Of a DNA stretch of 64,000 nt, positions 58,030 through 64,000 are shown in pieces. This DNA is from Macrostomum lignano. Its lineage: Eukaryota. The notes below the pieces were generated by a model. It saw only the letters and a list, made by a program, of their open reading frames with translations, searched no databases and was not told the origin of the DNA. Where the stretch lies: positions 1 to 64,000 of the forward strand of contig NIVC01000861.1 in NCBI GenBank assembly GCA_002269645.1, read 5' to 3'. The stretch's first letter is position 1. Each line of letters starts with the position of its first letter. A program made the translations under genes and the position numbers.

Positions 58030-58750
58030 TTAGTTTTTATATGAGGCTTCTATAATTTTTTCATGACGCTTCTATGATTTTTACATGACGCTTCTATGAT
58101 TTTTACATGACGCTTCTATGATTTTTTACATGACGCTTCTATGATTGTTTACATGACGCTTCTATGATTGTATACATGACGCTTCTATGATTGTTTACAT
58201 GACGCTTTTATGATTGTTTACATGACGCTTCTATGATTTTTACATGACGCTTCTATGATTTTTACATGACGCTTCTATGATTGTTTACATGACGCTTCTA
58301 TGATTGTTTACATGACGCTTCTATGATTTTAACATGACGCTTCTATGATTTTTTTACATGACGCTTCTATGATTGTTTACATGACGCTTGTATGATTGTT
58401 TACATGACGCTTGTATGATTTTAACATGACGCTTCTATGATTGTTTACATTACGCTTCTATGATTGCTTGCATGACGCTTCTATGATTTTTTATGACGCT
58501 TTTATGATTTTAACATGACGCTTCTATGATTTTTTTACATGACGCTTCTATGATTGTTTACATGACGCTTGTATGATTGTTTACATGACGCTTTTATGAT
58601 TTTAACATGACGCTTCTATGATTGTTTACATTACGCTTCTATGATTTTTACATGACGCTTCTATGATTTTTACATGACGCTTCTATGATTGTTTACATGA
58701 CGCTTCTATGATTGTTTACATGACGCTTGTATGATTGTTTACATGACGCT
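58030..58750. repeat. 21-23-bp minisatellite ACATGACGCTTCTATGATTTTT
   Basis: Direct inspection. Confidence 0.94.
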
Positions 58751-58909
58751 TCCATAATTTTTTTTGTCTTGGCGTTAAAAGGCTTTAATTAAAAAAACTC
58801 TACTCTCTAAAAATTCGAACCATCGTCCCTGCATTTAGCAGTTTAGTCTGTTTACCTCTAGGCTAGCTCTCATGAATTTTAGTCATTACCCCTAAATAGA
58901 AAATATTCC

Positions 58910-60700
58910 CAAGACAGCAAGCATCCCCCAGTAGCAAGCATCCCCTAATACTCCTAGCAAGCATCCACCCAGATAGCAAGCATCTGCAGATAGCAAGCAT
59001 CTTGCAGATAGCAAGCATCTTGCAGATAGCAAGCATACCCCAAATAATGTAGAAGCATCCTTCCAGATAGCAAGCATCCTGCACATAGCAAGAATCCCTA
59101 AATAGCAAGCATCCCTGGATAGAAATAATCCTATACATGTAGCCAAGCTTATCAAGCGCAGTAATCCTTGGCTATCGAGTGCAGTAATCCTTGGTTTATT
59201 AATAGCAATAATCCATGGCTTATCGAGTGCAGTAATCCTTGGTTTATTAATAGCAATAATCCTTGGCTTATCGAGTGCAGTAATTCATGGTTTATTAATA
59301 GCAATAATCCTTGGCTTATCGAGTGCAGTAATCCTTGGTTTATTAATAGCAATAATCCATGCCTTATCGAGTGCAGTAATCCTTGGTTTATTAATAGCAA
59401 TAATCCTTGGCTTATCGAGTGCAGTAATCCTTGGTTTATTAATAGCAATAATCCATGGCTTATCGAGTGCAGTAATCCTTGGTTTGCCAAGAGCAATAGT
59501 CCTTGGCTTATCGAGTGCAGTAATCCTTGGTTTGCCAAGAGCAATAGTCCTTGGTTTATTGAGTGCAGTAATCCTTGGTTTATTAATAGCAATAGTCCTT
59601 GGTTTATTGAGTGCAGTAATCCTTGGTTTATTAATAGCAATAATCCTTGGCTTATCGAGTGCAGTAATCCTTGGTTTGCCAAGTGCATAATCCTTGGTTT
59701 ATCGAGTGCAGTAATCCTTGGTTTATTAATAGCAATAATCCTTGGCTTATCGAGTGCAGTAATCCTTGGTTTATTAATAGCAATAATCCATGGCTTATCG
59801 AGTGCAGTAATCCTTGGTTTGCCAAGAGCAATAGTCCTTGGCTTATCGAGTGCAGTAATCCTTGGTTTGCCAAGAGCAATAGTCCTTGGTTTATTGAGTG
59901 CAGTAATCCTTGGTTTATTAATAGCAATAATCCTTGGCTTATCGAGTGCAGTAATCCTTGGTTTGCCAAGAGCAATAGTCCTTGGTTTTTTGAGTGCAGT
60001 AATCCTTGGTTTATTAATAGCAATAGTCCTTGGTTTATTGAGTGCAGTAATGCTTGGTTTATTAATAGCAATAATCCTTGGCTTATCGATTGCAGTAATC
60101 CTTGGTTTGCCAAGTGCATAATCCTTGGTTTATTAATAGCAATAATCCTTGGTTTATCGAGTGCAGTAATCCTTAGTTTATTAATAGCAATAATCCTTGG
60201 CTTATCGAGTGCAGTAATCCTTGGTTTATTAATAGCAATAATCCATGGCTTATCGAGTGCAGTAATCCTTGGTTTGCCAAGAGCAATAGTCCTTGGCTTA
60301 TCGAGTGCAGTAATCCTTGGTTTGCCAAGAGCAATAGTCCTTGGTTTATTGAGTGCAGTAATCCTTGGTTTATTAATAGCAATAGTCCTTGGCTTATCGA
60401 GTGCAGTAAGCCTTGGTTTATTAATAGCAATAATCCTTGGTTTATCGAGTGCAGTAATCCTTGGTTTATTAATTGCAATAATCCTTGGCTTATCGAGTGC
60501 AGTAATCCTTGGTTTATTAATAGCAATAATCCATGGCTTATGAGTGCAGTAATCCTTGGTTTATTAATAGCAATAATCCTTGGCTTATCGAGTGCAGTAA
60601 TCCTTGGTTTGCCAAGAGCAATAATCCTTGGCTTATCGAGTGCAGTATTCCTTGGTTTGCCAAGAGCAATAATCCTTAGCTTATCGAGTGCAGTAATCTA
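58910..60700. repeat. ATAGCAAGCATC array (58910-59130) followed by a 48-bp (2x24) satellite (59155-60700)
   Basis: ATCGAGTGCAGTAATCCTTGGTTT alternates with ATTAATAGCAATAATCCTTGGCTT. Confidence 0.94.
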
Positions 60701-60777
60701 AGTGTTTTTATTTAGTCCTTTAATAAAAGCTTTTAATAAAAAATTTTACACTACTACTTTTAAACTACTTAGATTAG

Positions 60778-60838
60778 ATTCGAACCCAGGTCGCTGCATT
60801 AGCAGTCTGGTCTGCTCAGCTCTAGGCTAGCTCTCATC
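60778..60838 (-). other. tRNA-derived (Ser-like) fragment or SINE head; degenerate second copy at about 58813-58872
   Basis: TAGCCTAGAGC A-box-like, GACTGCTAAT anticodon-arm-like and GGGTTCGAATC B box; no acceptor stem. Confidence 0.45.
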
Positions 60839-62099
60839 GAAGTTATCAGTGAATTTGTACCACTTATATAATTAATTCAACACTCACACCAAGTCAGGTA
60901 GAGTAAAAAGTCACGCGAAGCAGTTATGACATAATCAATTTCTTAGGCAAGTCAGTACCAGTGTCTATGAAAGTTAACAATATGGTTACGTAATATAAAT
61001 TCAGTACTGCACTATACTTTCACCCTCAAAGCTGTGACGCAATTCAATTGAGTGTCAAATTCAGCCAGTACACAGACGATAAATAAAGTGTATTGTGATG
61101 CAATCTATTTCAGAATCAGAATTCAACCAGTCAGATTTTTCTCTAGCATTCTTACAATGCATTTCAGGTCGAAAGAGCTGCTTGACCTTTGCAAAAAATC
61201 ATGTTTTTCGAATATTTAATCCCTTTAACATTGAGCAATTTCTTAGCCAATATGCATGTACCGTCCCGGGAAAATTTCTGATCGAATGGTGCAAGTTTGA
61301 AGAAAATCGGTTGAGCCGTTCGGGAGAAAATCAATTACAAGCAAGCAACCAAGCATTTCATTTTTAGTATATTAGAAGAATATACTTTTTGTCAGTTTTT
61401 TTTTCTCGAAAATTTAGACTTTCATTTAATAACATGAACCTGTTTTTCTTTCGGCAGTGTTACATTCAAAGATTTAGATTTTTAAAAAGCGACACGAATT
61501 TTATTTTGAAGCCCTTCCAAGAAAACTAAAGCGATTGAACGATGAATGAAAGATGAGTGTTTGTCTGCAATCAATCAACCCATCACGATTCTATTCATGA
61601 TGCCGTCTGTTTGATTAATGCACTTTTTCCCATTCTATAATTCCCAACTCTCCAATTCACATGACAGTCATTGCGGAGTCCCTGCTGCCTGAGTCAGATG
61701 AAGGTATAGACCTCGTTGAGAATCTATTTTTACTGCGAGGGGGAACACGGAATGGCTGGCTAAGTACCTCCTCTCCCACTGGAGAGTCTTTGTCTGTCTT
61801 CTATCTCTGAGATTTCTGACTGTAAGCGGTGCAATTTTTCCAATGAGCTAGCTCTTTTGATTACAATGGAGGGAAGGCGTGCCTGAGAGAGAGAGAGAGA
61901 GTCAGGAGGAGGTTATTCAGGTTACCGCCGTTATTAGAGAGCAGTACCCCTCACCTGCAGAGTGCTGTCTGCGTAGGCGTGCTGACGACGGGCGTTTTTT
62001 TCGATTGATAAAATGATGACGGAATAAGCTGGCATTGTTAGTCAGGAGCTTTGCCTAATTGTTAGTTAAATCCGTGATCTGGCCCTGAGTGTTGCATAC

Positions 62100-62640
62100 T
62101 TGTCACCACTCGGATCAACCAGTGGGTGGCTTCAAAGCACAGGGAGAGGTGGGCTAACGCCCCCGACTGCCGGCAATCCCGCGCGGCTGTCCCCTGTTCT
62201 TCCTCCGCCCTGCGCAGGGCCCTGTTTGGACTCAACCGCAGGGACATCAGGGCGGTGATCATGGCCCTCTCGGGTCATGGCTGTTTTGCCAGGCATCGGC
62301 ACCTCCAGGGAAAATCCGCAGTGAGGAATGCCCCTTCTGCCTCTCCGGTGTCGAGAATGCGGAGCACTTCATCTGTGAATGCCCCGCCTTTACTCAGGAC
62401 AGGCTCACCTACCTCGGCCCAAACCCGGACCTCTCCGACGTTTTCAGGCCCGAGAATCTCTGCCAGCTCGTCCGCTACCTAAGGGCTCTCCGGAGGGGGA
62501 CCACGCTGCGGACACCGGCACCACCGGAACTCCCTGCGCGACACCGCGGCACCAGCTGCCCGTGGTCGCCAGGGGTTAGCGAAATGGGCGGCGGTAAGAG
62601 TGTTACACACTATGCACATCGCTAGTATCAGATTATAATA
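62100..62640 (+). mobile_element. 5'-truncated LINE 3' end (R1/LOA-like) with CCHC finger, frameshifted
   Basis: INQW...HRERW...CRQSR...[11 protein letters not shown], then after a shift CPFC...AEHFICECP...LVRYLR. Confidence 0.8.
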
Positions 62641-63088
62641 AAATTTAATTCGGAATTCTATTCGGAATATTGATTAGTAAGAAAAAAGCAGCACCCATTT
62701 TTTTTTTAAATAATGCCCGATAAAATCACCGATATTCTGAAAACTTTTCAGTTTGAGTCTCGTAATAAAATTCACATCCGAAAAGAGAAATTTCAACAAA
62801 TGCGACTTCTTTGACTGACAGATTGGCAAATAAAATGGAAATTATTTTTACATTAAGTGGGCATCGTGGGCGCTAAAAAAATCTCGATTTGTTTTTCTTA
62901 TCGCGTTGAAGTCAATTCGATTCTGATTGGACAACAAATCGCTGCAAAGCTCTCAACCGGTGCATTCGCCCTCCTCGCACTCCAACCCCCTCCCACTCGC
63001 TCGAGTGGGGAAGATAAGAGCCAGAGATCCCCGCCAGTCTGCTCAGACTCGCAATCCCATTCAAACTGATTTCAATTGAAAATAGACC

Positions 63089-63592
63089 ATGATGGCAAAC
63101 GTGTGCAGCAGCTCGGACCAGTCCTCCAGCCCCTTCAAGGAGCCACTGGTGACCCTCGTCGCCGATTGCCAGTGGCTCGTTGCTAATGGCAACGACAGCG
63201 AGAGACTCGGAGCCACGCATTTCGAATCCTGGCGCGTGCTCAAGCTGCTCCAGTGCGGCCTGAGCGTCTGCGTCGGTTTCGGCGATTTAATGGCCTTCGT
63301 TGTCTACGGAGCGCTGCTCTGGCGCGGTCGGCAACGTCGACGGCGTGGAGCCGGCGTTGGCAGCGACGGCGGAGCTCGGGTGCAGCTGCTGCTGCTGCTG
63401 CTGGCGCTGCTGGAGGCCGCTCTGCAGGTGGCGCTGACGCTGAGCAGGGCGGACGCCATTCTCTCGCGGTCAGCCTTCGGCGTCGACGGCCAGCCTTGGC
63501 AGGCGGCAGCGGCAGCGGCGGCGGAGGCAGAGATCGACAATGAAGGAGGCGAGGTCGGTTCGACAGTGGAATGGCGAGCGCCGTTTCTGCAG
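63089..63592 (+). CDS. First coding exon of a probable multi-pass membrane (7TM/GPCR-like) protein
   Basis: ATG at 63089; two hydrophobic segments separated by a basic loop (RGRQRRRR); strong CAG|gtaagc donor in phase 0. The gene presumably continues beyond the window. Confidence 0.6.
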
Positions 63593-63657
63593 GTAAGCAG
63601 GTTGTTTCGGGACTTTGTTATCATTTTCTCAATGCGAATTTTGCTAATTTTTCTATT

Positions 63658-63850
63658 GCACCTGCCCTGCTATTGCGCGGCGCATCTGAAGGCTGCGTAC
63701 GGCTGTTCAGTCCAAGGATTGGGGGGTCGCCACACACACCCTCAACTACCCCAGCTAATGATGGTACCTAATGATTTTACAGCTGGGTGAACTGTAGCAA
63801 TGCAGAGTTAAGTGTCTTGCTCAAGGACACAACTTCTAGGTTGCAGCCTA
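63658..63850 (-). mobile_element. Same SINE family, tRNA head largely deleted
   Basis: Matches the tail and core of the 27.7-kb and 35.3-kb copies. Confidence 0.8.
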
Positions 63851-64000
63851 GTGATAGGGGCTTGCTACTGGACAAGTTATGCTTTACAAGTTGATTCCCC
63901 AAAATCTATTTTTGGTAACCAAATCTGTTCACCAATATTCAGTTTAGCCCAATTACAAGCATTTAAATTAAAAGTGCATTTAAATAGCAACTCGTGAAAT

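Noticed and set aside
59152-60543. Several 150-320-aa ORFs
   Set aside because: Translations of the 24/48-bp satellite on both strands.

Overview
Eukaryotic (invertebrate) genomic DNA: GT-AG spliced genes with GC-rich exons, introns packed with minisatellites, and a (TTAGGG)n tract. The style suggests a free-living flatworm such as Macrostomum, but that is inference only. The main host gene is a 14-exon PHLPP orthologue on the minus strand (54403 to 33039, about 1428 aa by my splice model: RA-like, PH, LRR, PP2C-like and C-terminal PDZ ligand ENTWL). It probably uses two GC-AG introns and lacks canonical PP2C metal-binding Asp residues. Most of its introns carry their own tandem-repeat family. 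Mobile DNA: (1) an apparently complete 5.5-kb EnSpm/CACTA (CMC) transposon (18188-23713) with a spliced DDE transposase head-to-head with a spliced DUF4806-like accessory gene; (2) a young non-autonomous LTR element (40606-42400; 317-bp LTRs, AATAC target-site duplication (TSD), tRNA-Lys primer-binding site (PBS), polypurine tract); (3) a THAP-bearing P-like deletion derivative with 8-bp TSD (51912-52620); (4) an LTR with a 20-nt tRNA-Leu PBS; (5) three copies of a tRNA/CORE-like SINE; (6) RTE and RNase H-type LINE fragments and several MITE/foldback structures. There is also an orphan long exon (11581-12959), a small CxxC ORF, and the first exon of a probable 7TM-like gene at the right edge. 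Most long ORFs in the supplied track are artefacts of tandem repeats. All splice models and alignments were made by eye, not computed.
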